A stretch of 64,000 nt of DNA from an uncultured Candidatus Saccharibacteria bacterium (GTDB lineage: Bacteria > Patescibacteriota > Minisyncoccia > Phycocordibacterales > JACOZG01), in NCBI GenBank assembly GCA_964651115.1, contig CAZYXJ010000001.1, forward strand, positions 106,509 through 170,508. The letters run 5' to 3'. Of the stretch, positions 29,133-37,637 are shown one piece after another. The translations under genes and the position numbers were made by a program. Under the pieces are notes generated by a model. The model had not been told where the DNA came from and searched no databases. It saw only the letters and a program-made list of their open reading frames with translations. Each line of letters begins with the position of its first letter. Within the stretch, counting starts at the first letter, position 1.

Positions 29133-30671
29133 ATGGAGCACATGAATCAAACCAAAAAACCGGTTGCTTTAATCATTCTCGACGGCTGGGGTTATCGCGA
29201 AGAAACTAAGGATAACGCCATCGCCGCAGCCCAAAAGCCGAACTTTGACCGCCTCTGGCAAACCTACCCTCACACTTTACTTAAAGCGAGCGGCAACGCC
29301 GTTGGCCTACCCGAAGGCCAAATGGGCAATTCCGAAGTTGGCCACATGACCATTGGCGCGGGCACGCCCATCGATACCGATCTCGTCCGGATCGACAAAG
29401 CAATCTCTGACGGCAGCTTTGAACAAAATCCTGCCTTCTTGAACTTATTTGACCACGTGAAAAAAAATAATTCGACGCTTCACGTCCAAGGTCTTGTCTC
29501 CCCCGGCGGCGTCCACAGTCATCAGAAACACCTCTTTGCCTTCTTGCGGCTAGCCAAAAAAATGAACGTGCCCCGAGTCGCTATCCACGTCTTTACTGAT
29601 GGCCGCGACACCGCACCCCAAAGCGCTTCGGCCTACCTCAAAGAACTAGAAACTTTAATCGCGGAACTTGGGCCAAACTTTTTCATCGCCACCATCTCGG
29701 GCCGCTATTTCGCGATGGACCGCGACAACAATTGGGACCGCTTAGCCAAAGTGGAGCAGGCGCTCTTTAAATGCGAGGGCAATGTTTGCCAAATTAACCC
29801 CTCACAATATCTCGAGGAGCAATATCGCGCTGGCAAAAATGATGAGTTGCTCGAGCCAACCGTCTGCGCTACGCCCGCGGGGCAAGGTTGTGCCATCAAG
29901 CCGGGCGACGCCGTCTTCTTCTTCAACTTCCGCGCCGATCGCGCTCGCATGCTCTCAGAGAAAATGCTCAATCTCCCCCAGGACCAACAAATTTTATTTA
30001 TCACTCTCACCGAATATTGCGTCGACTTTAAATGCGTGATGGCCTTCCCTCCCAAGCCTGTCGCCACCACGCTCGCGGCCGAGATCGCTCGCGCCGGCCT
30101 AACTCAAGCCCACATTGCCGAAACCGAAAAGTTTGCCCACGCGACCTACTTCTTAAATGGCGGCGTGGAAACGGCCTACCCCGGCGAGACCGACATTATG
30201 CTCCCCAGCCACAAAGACGTGGCCACTCACGATCAAGCCCCCAAGATGCAGGCGGCCGGAATTGCCGCCAAAGCCGTCGAACAGATTGCCGCCGGAGTCG
30301 ATTTTATTTTCATTAACTTTGCTAATGCTGATATGGTCGGACACACCGCCAACGTCCCCGCCATTATCACTTCCGTAGAAGCTGCCGACCGCGCGCTAGG
30401 CGAAGTTGTCGCCGCCCTCGAGAAAGTTGGTGGGACGGCCATCATCACCGCCGATCACGGCAATGCCGAGGTAAATATTGACCCGGTGACGGGCGCCAAA
30501 CACACCGCTCACACCACTAATCCCGTGCCCTGCATTGTGACTGATCACGGGGCCACCCTCCGCGCCGATGATCCGGCCGCGCCGCTCGGTCTAGCCGACC
30601 TCGCGCCCACCGTTCTTAAAATTTTAGATTTGCCAATCCCCCCAGCGATGACGGGACAGCCGCTAATTTAA
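29133..30671 (+). CDS. gpmI: 2,3-bisphosphoglycerate-independent phosphoglycerate mutase
   Basis: 512 aa with ALIILDGWGYRE, the SGNAVGLPEGQMGNSEVGHMTIGAG metal-site motifs and the iPGM C-terminal domain. Confidence 0.9.
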   Translation: MEHMNQTKKPVALIILDGWGYREETKDNAIAAAQKPNFDRLWQTYPHTLLKASGNAVGLPEGQMGNSEVGHMTIGAGTPIDTDLVRIDKAISDGSFEQNPAFLNLFDHVKKNNSTLHVQGLVSPGGVHSHQKHLFAFLRLAKKMNVPRVAIHVFTDGRDTAPQSASAYLKELETLIAELGPNFFIATISGRYFAMDRDNNWDRLAKVEQALFKCEGNVCQINPSQYLEEQYRAGKNDELLEPTVCATPAGQGCAIKPGDAVFFFNFRADRARMLSEKMLNLPQDQQILFITLTEYCVDFKCVMAFPPKPVATTLAAEIARAGLTQAHIAETEKFAHATYFLNGGVETAYPGETDIMLPSHKDVATHDQAPKMQAAGIAAKAVEQIAAGVDFIFINFANADMVGHTANVPAIITSVEAADRALGEVVAALEKVGGTAIITADHGNAEVNIDPVTGAKHTAHTTNPVPCIVTDHGATLRADDPAAPLGLADLAPTVLKILDLPIPPAMTGQPLI

Positions 30672-31441
30672 ACCAACCACCAGCCAGCTAGAAGCAGCGC
30701 CAAGATTAAACGATACCAACCAAAGTTTTCAAAGTTGTGCTGCTCCACATAACGGAGCAGCCACTTAATAACCAAACCAGCCACCACAAAAGCCACCACA
30801 AAGCCGACGGCCAGCGCTCGCCACTCTTCGGGCGCAAAGTCCACCGGCACTTTTAACAAATCTAAGCCCGTGGCCGCGGCCATCGTCGGTAGAGCTAAAA
30901 GAAAAGAAAACTCGACGATGGCCGGACGCGATAATCCCAGCACCAGACCACCCACCACTGTGGCCGCGGCGCGCGACACCCCTGGGACAATCGCCACCGA
31001 TTGCGCCAGGCCAATCAGCACGGCTTGGCGGTAAGAGAGCGTCGCCAGTTCCTGAGTTGGGCTTAAGCGCCGGCGATACCAACGCTCAAACATCACCAGG
31101 GCCACACCACCAACTCCCAAGGCCACAATCACCGTCGTCAGATCTTGGAACAAAAATTGTTTGATCAGAGAATAAAAAACCAAACCAATAATCGCCGTCG
31201 GCACAAAAGCCACCGCCACCTTACCTAACAGAGCGCGCGAACGCCACCAACGCCCTCGATACCACCAAACCACTGCCAAGATTGCGCCCAACTGAATGGC
31301 GACGTAAAAACTCGACAGAAAATCACCTGGCGCCAACCCCAAAATTTCGCCGGCAACAATTAAATGTCCCGTCGAAGAGATGGGCAAAAATTCGGTTAGC
31401 CCCTCGACCACTCCCAAGATCAACGCCTGGACGAGAGTCAT
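30668..31441 (-). CDS. uppP: Undecaprenyl-diphosphatase UppP (BacA)
   Basis: 257 aa with the signature EGLTEFLPISSTGHL. Its stop overlaps the gpmI stop (convergent). Confidence 0.88.
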   Translation of the reverse strand: MTLVQALILGVVEGLTEFLPISSTGHLIVAGEILGLAPGDFLSSFYVAIQLGAILAVVWWYRGRWWRSRALLGKVAVAFVPTAIIGLVFYSLIKQFLFQDLTTVIVALGVGGVALVMFERWYRRRLSPTQELATLSYRQAVLIGLAQSVAIVPGVSRAAATVVGGLVLGLSRPAIVEFSFLLALPTMAAATGLDLLKVPVDFAPEEWRALAVGFVVAFVVAGLVIKWLLRYVEQHNFENFGWYRLILALLLAGWWLV

Positions 31442-31446
31442 AAGAC

Positions 31447-31728
31447 TTAGGCCTGATCTTCTTTATAGTGACGATCCAACCAGCGAGCTAGATAGACGCC
31501 AAAAAACACAACAATCGCCGTGATTAAGGCCGCATACCAAAACTTCGCCATAACGCCATCTCGACCACCGAGCGGCAACCAATAATCAATCAAGGCTCTA
31601 ATGGCCTCGTTCCAAGCCAGACCAGCCACCAAACCCAGACCGCCAGTTATATAGCCCAGCGTTCGCAAGCGCAACTCTCGGCGCAAGGTCTGACTCTCTT
31701 GTTTTATTTTTTCGAGCGGAAACATCAT
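31447..31728 (-). CDS. Hypothetical small membrane protein
   Basis: 93 aa with two TM helices. Confidence 0.35.
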   Translation of the reverse strand: MMFPLEKIKQESQTLRRELRLRTLGYITGGLGLVAGLAWNEAIRALIDYWLPLGGRDGVMAKFWYAALITAIVVFFGVYLARWLDRHYKEDQA

Positions 31729-31733
31729 TAAGA

Positions 31734-31955
31734 TTAATGTGGCTGGACTAAAACAATTTTGTGAGGACTGCGTGAACCAGTCACAATCCTTAGTTGTTTG
31801 GGAGGCACCCCCAGATGCCGCCCCAAAAGAGACAACGTCCGTTGATTAGCCAAATTGCCGAGGGGTTTATCCCTAACGGCAATTTGAAAACGATTGCCCA
31901 CGCGTCGCAAACTCTCACGACGTGAATCTGGAGTGACGTGGACGCGGACGAACAT
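31734..31955 (-). CDS. DUF167 (YggU-like) family protein
   Basis: 73 aa. The pattern VRV.V.P.....L......IAV...P..G.AN..L..LL...LGVP.....IV.G..S..K.V matches UPF0235/DUF167. Confidence 0.45.
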   Translation of the reverse strand: MFVRVHVTPDSRRESLRRVGNRFQIAVRDKPLGNLANQRTLSLLGRHLGVPPKQLRIVTGSRSPHKIVLVQPH

Positions 31956-31959
31956 GAGT

Positions 31960-32493
31960 TTAATTAACGTCGAAGACGGCGGCCACTACTCGACCGTTAG
32001 TCTCTAGCAGACGATCTAATTTGTGGTTAAAAACGCGATCGCCATCATCTCGATAAAGAACAGCGGCATAAGTGCGTCCAGCTTGCGTCCCGCGCAAAAG
32101 TTCGACAGTCGCTAAACTACTAGCACCGGCATCAACTCGCTTGGCCCCGAGAATATTACCAAAACCCCCAGCCGACCAGTCGCGAATCGCCACCCAGCTA
32201 ACGGCATCCGCCTTAACTTCGTCAACAATCACTCGCGTTCCGGCTGCCTGGTTAGTTACTTCCACCAAAACGTCCGTGGCGGCTGAAGTTTCTTCATCCT
32301 GCATGACCGGCACACTGTCGCCACCCAAAATACCACCCGCCGTAGTAGTGGCCTTATTTTCGAGCAAGGTTCCAACCTTAACACCAGTAGCCGAAGACTT
32401 GCCTCCATAAGTATAGGCCCCCAAAGCAAAACCAATTATTAATCCTATAACTAAAGTTACAATCGTCCCCGTCGTAATTATTGACTTATCCAT
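31960..32493 (-). CDS. Hypothetical membrane-anchored extracytoplasmic protein
   Basis: 177 aa with an N-terminal TM and a Thr/Gly/Ala-rich beta region. Confidence 0.4.
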   Translation of the reverse strand: MDKSIITTGTIVTLVIGLIIGFALGAYTYGGKSSATGVKVGTLLENKATTTAGGILGGDSVPVMQDEETSAATDVLVEVTNQAAGTRVIVDEVKADAVSWVAIRDWSAGGFGNILGAKRVDAGASSLATVELLRGTQAGRTYAAVLYRDDGDRVFNHKLDRLLETNGRVVAAVFDVN

Positions 32494-32593
32494 AGCGATT
32501 ATCCGTAATTAACCTGGCCTTTATAATGATTGGAGTATAACATACTTCATCTAACCTTCACCTAATCCGACGTATACTTTAATCATAAAACTC

Positions 32594-33274
32594 ATGAAAG
32601 TATTGATTGTCGAGGATGATCGGGTCCTAGCCGAAGCCATTGCCTTTGGGCTCAACAAAGACGGCATGGAAACGACCCTAGAACACGATGGCGCAAAAGC
32701 CGTTGAGCATCCGCTGGCCGCCACGGCCGATCTTATAATTTTAGATCTCGGCTTGCCGACCCTGCCTGGATTAGAGGTCTGTCAACGCTGGCGAGCCCAA
32801 GGAATCACCACCCCCATCATCGTTCTAACGGCTAAAGATCAGTTGGACGACAAGGTAGCGGCCCTTAACGGCGGAGCAGATGATTATCTCACCAAACCCT
32901 TTTCTCTCGACGAATTGCGCGCTCGCCTCCAAGCCCTGACCCGTCGGGCGCGCAGTCTCTTGCCCGCCCGGCTAACTGCCGGACCACTCGTCCTTGATAC
33001 CGAAAAACGAACTCTCGAAGCGGATGGCCAACCAGTGCCCCTAACTCTAAAAGAATTCGCCATTGTGGAATATTTGATGCGTCACCCCCAATCAGTATTA
33101 ACTCGCGAGCAAATCCTTGATCATGTTTGGAATTATGACTTCGACTCGTTTAGTAATATCGTTGACGTCCACCTAAACAACATTCGAAAAAAAATCTCGG
33201 CCGTCACCTCAACTCCCATCCACTTAGAAACTGTTCGCGGAGTTGGTTACCGCATTAATACCAATCAACCATGA
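32594..33274 (+). CDS. OmpR-family response regulator (receiver + winged helix)
   Basis: 226 aa with receiver Asp pocket (DD...D in ILDLGLP), GADDYLTKPF, and a wHTH with RRAR and VRGVGYR. Confidence 0.85.
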   Translation: MKVLIVEDDRVLAEAIAFGLNKDGMETTLEHDGAKAVEHPLAATADLIILDLGLPTLPGLEVCQRWRAQGITTPIIVLTAKDQLDDKVAALNGGADDYLTKPFSLDELRARLQALTRRARSLLPARLTAGPLVLDTEKRTLEADGQPVPLTLKEFAIVEYLMRHPQSVLTREQILDHVWNYDFDSFSNIVDVHLNNIRKKISAVTSTPIHLETVRGVGYRINTNQP

Positions 33275-33471
33275 ACAACTACAATTTTATTCAAAAAGTG
33301 GAACATGATTTGCGCAACCACGTTGCCGTCATTAAACTGGCACTAGAAGCCCTCGCTAGCGGACCACTCTCGGCCGATCAAAAACGCTCCCGAGACGAAG
33401 CAGAATCTGCCCTCCAACGCTTAACCACTCAATTACACGACCTGCGGCTTGAGGCCGAAGCTAACCAATAA
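33271..33471 (+). CDS. Stand-alone HisKA/DHp-like 66-aa protein
   Basis: The H-box-like EHDLRNHVAVIKLALEAL resembles the HisKA phosphoacceptor helix (SHELRTPL...). No CA/ATPase domain is present. The ATGA start overlaps the stop of the upstream response regulator. Confidence 0.45.
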   Translation: MNNYNFIQKVEHDLRNHVAVIKLALEALASGPLSADQKRSRDEAESALQRLTTQLHDLRLEAEANQ

Positions 33472-33477
33472 CTGACC

Positions 33478-34170
33478 ATGAGAATTTTAGTCGCCGAAGA
33501 CGATAAAACTTTAGCCAACATTCTCAAAAAAACCCTAGAGAAGGAGGGTTATGCGGTGGACCTCTTGAGCGAAGGAGAAACGATTGAACGACGCCTAGAG
33601 ATCTCTCATGCGGATTACGATATTGTGATCTTGGATTTGGGTCTGCCGGGCCGAGACGGCTTAAGCATCTGTCGTGACACACGCGCTCACGGGATCAAAC
33701 TCCCCATCTTGGTTCTTTCGGCTCGTTCAGAACCAGAAATTAAAATTGCAGCCCTCGAAGCCGGCGCCGACGATTATCTCACTAAGCCTTTTGCCATCCA
33801 AGAACTTTTGGCGCGATTGCGCGCACTCCTGCGACGGCCAGCACCAGTCCAAATTGACGAGTTAACGGTCGGTGATCTCAAGCTTAATCGTCTCACTCGC
33901 ATCATTACTAGACAAAATCACCCCATTACCCTCACCGTCAAAGAATTTACGTTACTGGAATATCTAATGCGCCACCCCAACCAAATAATTAGTCGCCACC
34001 AGATCATTGATGAGCTCTGGGGTTACGACTTTGTTTCTGGTAGCAACATCGTTGACGTTCATATTAAAAATTTGCGCAAGAAAATTAGTTCCGGAAAACA
34101 AAAAGTACTAGAAACCGTGCGCGGCTTGGGTTATCGGCTCCTCGACCGAACTGGGCCGTTAAAAGAATAA
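33478..34170 (+). CDS. OmpR-family response regulator (second copy)
   Basis: 230 aa with the same architecture as 32594-33274. Confidence 0.85.
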   Translation: MRILVAEDDKTLANILKKTLEKEGYAVDLLSEGETIERRLEISHADYDIVILDLGLPGRDGLSICRDTRAHGIKLPILVLSARSEPEIKIAALEAGADDYLTKPFAIQELLARLRALLRRPAPVQIDELTVGDLKLNRLTRIITRQNHPITLTVKEFTLLEYLMRHPNQIISRHQIIDELWGYDFVSGSNIVDVHIKNLRKKISSGKQKVLETVRGLGYRLLDRTGPLKE

Positions 34171-34218
34171 GGCCGAGTTCACTTGACTTTCATTACCAGA
34201 CAGTAGAATCTTACCAAC

Positions 34219-34467
34219 ATGAAACCGAACAATATCCACAAACGAGGCTTTGCCTCAATGAGCGCCGAGCGACAGCGCGCCATCGCCGCTAAGGGTGGCA
34301 AAGCCGCTCATGCCAAAGGCACCGCTCACCAATTTTCCGCCGAAGAAGCTCGTAAAGCCGGAAAAAAGGGGGGCGAAGCTGTCAGTCGAGACCGCGTGCA
34401 CATGGCCGCCATCGGTCGGGTGGGTGGAAAAAAGAGTCGTCGCGGCAAAACCCGTCCCAAAATTTAA
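34219..34467 (+). CDS. KGG-repeat general stress protein (YciG-like)
   Basis: 82 aa; GGKAAHAKGTAHQFSAEEARKAGKKGG is a KGG-domain repeat. Confidence 0.6.
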   Translation: MKPNNIHKRGFASMSAERQRAIAAKGGKAAHAKGTAHQFSAEEARKAGKKGGEAVSRDRVHMAAIGRVGGKKSRRGKTRPKI

Positions 34468-34486
34468 AAACTTCCACTTGGACCAT

Positions 34487-34520
34487 AAAAAAACCAGCTT
34501 CTAGCCGAAGCTGGTTTTTT
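34487..34520. terminator. Bidirectional rho-independent terminator between convergent KGG genes
   Basis: An A7 run, then stem accagcttc / gaagctggt with loop tagcc, then a T6 run. It lies symmetrically between the two stops. Confidence 0.75.
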
Positions 34521-34525
34521 GAGTC

Positions 34526-34738
34526 CTACATGGACTCCTCGCTGTCGTCACTCATCCCGGCCGAGCTAGAGCGGCGACCAGCTTGGCCGCCCTTGCGACC
34601 AGCCTCTCGCGCCTCATCTGGAGTGAACTCATGAGCGGTCCCCCGCTCATGGGCGGCTTTGCCGCCGCGCGAGGCCACCTCGCGCCGTCGCTCCGGATCC
34701 ATTCCCGCAAACCCTCTCCGATTTTCGTTTTCTGCCAT
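34526..34738 (-). CDS. KGG-repeat general stress protein (YciG-like), paralog
   Basis: 70 aa; RGGKAAHERGTAHEFTPDEAREAGRKGG. Confidence 0.6.
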   Translation of the reverse strand: MAENENRRGFAGMDPERRREVASRGGKAAHERGTAHEFTPDEAREAGRKGGQAGRRSSSAGMSDDSEESM

Positions 34739-34820
34739 AGAGTTGTGGTAAGTGGTTATTACGGCTGATAAAATTCGACCTCTCTGGTGAGTATCTCAAC
34801 GCTGTGTTAAATTTCCGTTA

Positions 34821-35837
34821 ATGCCCGAAGATTATGACTACGCCTTACCGCCAGAATTAATCGCCACCACCCCCAGTCAACCACGCGACCAAGCCCGCTT
34901 GCTAATTTATGACCGCCAACAAAATAAAATTAGCTTTGACCGCTTTGCTCAACTGGAAAACTATCTGCCGGCTGGTAGTGAATTGGTTTTTAACGAAACA
35001 AAAGTCCTACCAGCCCGACTCACCGTCCACAAAACCACGGGCGGGCGCGTCGAGCTCTTGCGCCTCACTCCGCCTCGAGCCGACATCTGGGTCCTCGCCG
35101 ATCGCCGCCTGGCCATTGACGAAAAGCTCTACCACCAAGGCCAATCTCTGCTCCGAGTAGCCGAGCGAGAAAACGAACGTTACCGCTTAGATCCCCTAGT
35201 TAAGCCAGAAACCCTCGAACAAATTTTTGAAACTCACGGCCAGACACCTCTACCTCCCTATCTCAAACATTCTCCCCTGTCGGAAACAGCGAGACGTCAA
35301 GAATATCAAAGCGTCTTAGCCAAAGTCCCCGGCTCAGTCGCTGCGCCCACCGCCTCACTCCACTTTACGCCCGAACTATTGAGCCGCCTAACCAAAGCTG
35401 GCCACGCGCTAAACAAACTGACTCTTCACGTTGGTCTAGGCACCTTCGCGCCCCTCCGCGCCGAGCAACTAGCCAGCGGCAAATTACATACTGAACACTA
35501 TCACCTCTCCTCAGCCACCGCCGATCACTTAACTGCCGCCCATCGCGCCCAGCGACCGATTATCGCCGTGGGCACCACCGTAGCGCGCGCCCTAGAATCC
35601 GCTTGGGAAAACAACGCCCTCTTGGCTGGCGACCGTCAGACCAACATCTTTATTAAACCTCCCTATCAGTGGCACATCGTCACTGGCTTAATCACCAACT
35701 TTCACGTCCCTCGCTCCAGTCTAATGATGCTGGTGGCCTCTCTCGTGGGACGAGAAAAATTACTGGAAATTTATCAACGCGCCATTGACGAAAAAATGCG
35801 TTTTTACTCTTTTGGCGACGGCATGCTGATTATTTAA
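34821..35837 (+). CDS. queA: S-adenosylmethionine:tRNA ribosyltransferase-isomerase
   Basis: 338 aa. The N-terminus DYALPPELIATTP and the body are typical QueA. Confidence 0.88.
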   Translation: MPEDYDYALPPELIATTPSQPRDQARLLIYDRQQNKISFDRFAQLENYLPAGSELVFNETKVLPARLTVHKTTGGRVELLRLTPPRADIWVLADRRLAIDEKLYHQGQSLLRVAERENERYRLDPLVKPETLEQIFETHGQTPLPPYLKHSPLSETARRQEYQSVLAKVPGSVAAPTASLHFTPELLSRLTKAGHALNKLTLHVGLGTFAPLRAEQLASGKLHTEHYHLSSATADHLTAAHRAQRPIIAVGTTVARALESAWENNALLAGDRQTNIFIKPPYQWHIVTGLITNFHVPRSSLMMLVASLVGREKLLEIYQRAIDEKMRFYSFGDGMLII

Positions 35838-35860
35838 AATCTTCATGTTAAAATAAACCC

Positions 35861-36085
35861 ATGACTCATCAGAAAATGCCGGGTGGCGTACGCTACTTCG
35901 CCAACAATCTTAGTATCGTGATCGGTTTAGTTTTGGTTTGGCGGGGCGTCTGGTACGTTTTGGATGCCGTTGATTATGCTTATCTCGCGGGCAATCATCT
36001 CTTAAGCGGCTTAATCGGCATCGCCCTCGGCGTCCTCATTCTCTACCTACCCGACCACGATCTAAAAGAATTACAGAAGCTCTAG
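35861..36085 (+). CDS. Hypothetical small membrane protein
   Basis: 74 aa with two TMs. Confidence 0.3.
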   Translation: MTHQKMPGGVRYFANNLSIVIGLVLVWRGVWYVLDAVDYAYLAGNHLLSGLIGIALGVLILYLPDHDLKELQKL

Positions 36086-36088
36086 AGT

Positions 36089-36958
36089 TTAATCAAAAAG
36101 TTCCACGAGATACTCGTTGATCTCGCGCTGGTCGAGATCGTAAAAGTGCTTACCTTCGCGAACGAGGTCACGCGCAAGATCGCGGCCCACAAAACGCCAG
36201 TGCCACGGTTCGTACTGATAATAAGCGTTGCCCTTAGGATAAGAGAGGGTAAATCCGTAGCGAGCGGCATTTTCTTTTAGCCACGCAAAAGCCGGGGTGG
36301 ACTCAAAACTTACCACCAAAGTGGTCGCAGAATCCGGAGTAGCAAAATCAACGGCGGTGGCTAATTGGTGCTCAGAATAACCCTGGTCAGCCGAAAACTG
36401 ATTGGCGGTACCCGCGCCATAAGTCACACGATAAGCAGTTTTGAGAGCCGCCTGAGTGCCAAAGGAGCGATAAGCCGAAGCCACCCTCAGATCAATTCCG
36501 TTATCGGCGGCCGCCTCCAATAAGTTTTCCAAAAAATCAATCGCTTCACCATGAAATTCTTGCGGCTTTTTCTCGTCATACCAATAGCTCTTATCAATAA
36601 GCGACAACTTTTTAGGAACATAATGCTCGTTTAAGAAGTAGACCTTAGAATATTTTTCCAAAAGCTCCTTGTCGGTTTGACTCAATTTTTCCAGCGTACC
36701 AACGGTGCCCGAAATTTTTCGAATCTGACGCTCAAAATCGTCGTTGCGCTCGATCGCCTCATCCAACTGCTCGGTGGTGGTGGCGAGGCGACCCGACAAC
36801 TTTTCCGTTTCTTCCCGCGCGGCGATTAAAGCGATGGTGGTACTCGCCAAATCGCTCTGGACGATAGTCAAAGAACGCCACTGATAAAAAATAACGCCGC
36901 CAGCGATAACCACTACCCCACCGACGGCCCATGGCCACCACCCCAAAGTTGAGTTCAT
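36089..36958 (-). CDS. VanY-like D-alanyl-D-alanine carboxypeptidase (M15B peptidase), membrane-anchored
   Basis: 289 aa with an N-terminal TM and coiled-coil. The catalytic region ASAYRSFGTQ...SEHQLATAVDF matches the SxHxxGxAxD zinc motif of M15 peptidases. Confidence 0.65.
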   Translation of the reverse strand: MNSTLGWWPWAVGGVVVIAGGVIFYQWRSLTIVQSDLASTTIALIAAREETEKLSGRLATTTEQLDEAIERNDDFERQIRKISGTVGTLEKLSQTDKELLEKYSKVYFLNEHYVPKKLSLIDKSYWYDEKKPQEFHGEAIDFLENLLEAAADNGIDLRVASAYRSFGTQAALKTAYRVTYGAGTANQFSADQGYSEHQLATAVDFATPDSATTLVVSFESTPAFAWLKENAARYGFTLSYPKGNAYYQYEPWHWRFVGRDLARDLVREGKHFYDLDQREINEYLVELFD

Positions 36959-36970
36959 GTCGGGATTGTA

Positions 36971-37606
36971 TCACGAAGACGGACCGGGCGGCAGGGGCCA
37001 ATCCACTAACTCGCCGGCCCGCCGTTCTAGCTTACTGGCGCGGCGCAAGCGCCGTGAGGCGCCGAGCGGCAGGAGCCGCTCGTGAGGCGAAGCATCAAGC
37101 GCCGCCACCAGCTCATCAAGATCATCCTCGGCCGTCACCCACGGCGCCGGCCAGCGCGAAAGATCAAAAGGTCGAGAATATTCCCGCAGCGTCTTTTCTC
37201 CAGTTTCGTTTAAAAAATATTCGTGGAAATATGACAACGCCAACTCTCGCACCGAACGATAAATCGGATCGCGCCAGCGCAAAACCGCGTGATTAGTCTT
37301 GCTAATCGCGCCCCAATATCCGCCTCGACGAAAGAGGGCCACCACGTGATCCTGATCAGCCCCCGCCGTCCGGAGATCCAGTAAAAGCGGCCGCTCCTTA
37401 TTAAACCAGAGCGCGGCGGCGGCCAAGAGCGCGCCCTCTAGGCAATGGGCCTCACCTGCCACCAAGACTTGCCGCGGCGAACGATAAGTAAAACCGAACG
37501 TCTCAAAATTAATCGGCAAGGCCTCCAGAAAATCTTGGATCTTTTCTGGCGTGGAAAGGCGACGAAACACCGCTCGCTCTGCCGCCGTTAACGCTTCTCT
37601 CATCAC
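36971..37606 (-). CDS. Hypothetical protein, possible transglutaminase-like cysteine peptidase fold
   Basis: 211 aa with a Cys...His...Asp arrangement (CLEGALLAAAAL, DQDHVVAL). Weak inference. Confidence 0.3.
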   Translation of the reverse strand: MMREALTAAERAVFRRLSTPEKIQDFLEALPINFETFGFTYRSPRQVLVAGEAHCLEGALLAAAALWFNKERPLLLDLRTAGADQDHVVALFRRGGYWGAISKTNHAVLRWRDPIYRSVRELALSYFHEYFLNETGEKTLREYSRPFDLSRWPAPWVTAEDDLDELVAALDASPHERLLPLGASRRLRRASKLERRAGELVDWPLPPGPSS

Positions 37607-37637
37607 CTGAGTGTAGCATCAATGCTATACTAGCCGT

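Noticed and set aside
32481-32527. Sigma70 promoter for the response-regulator operon (TATAAT at 32522-32527)
   Set aside because: A good -10 is present but no acceptable -35 lies at 16-18 nt spacing (ttatcc only). Not reported as a feature.
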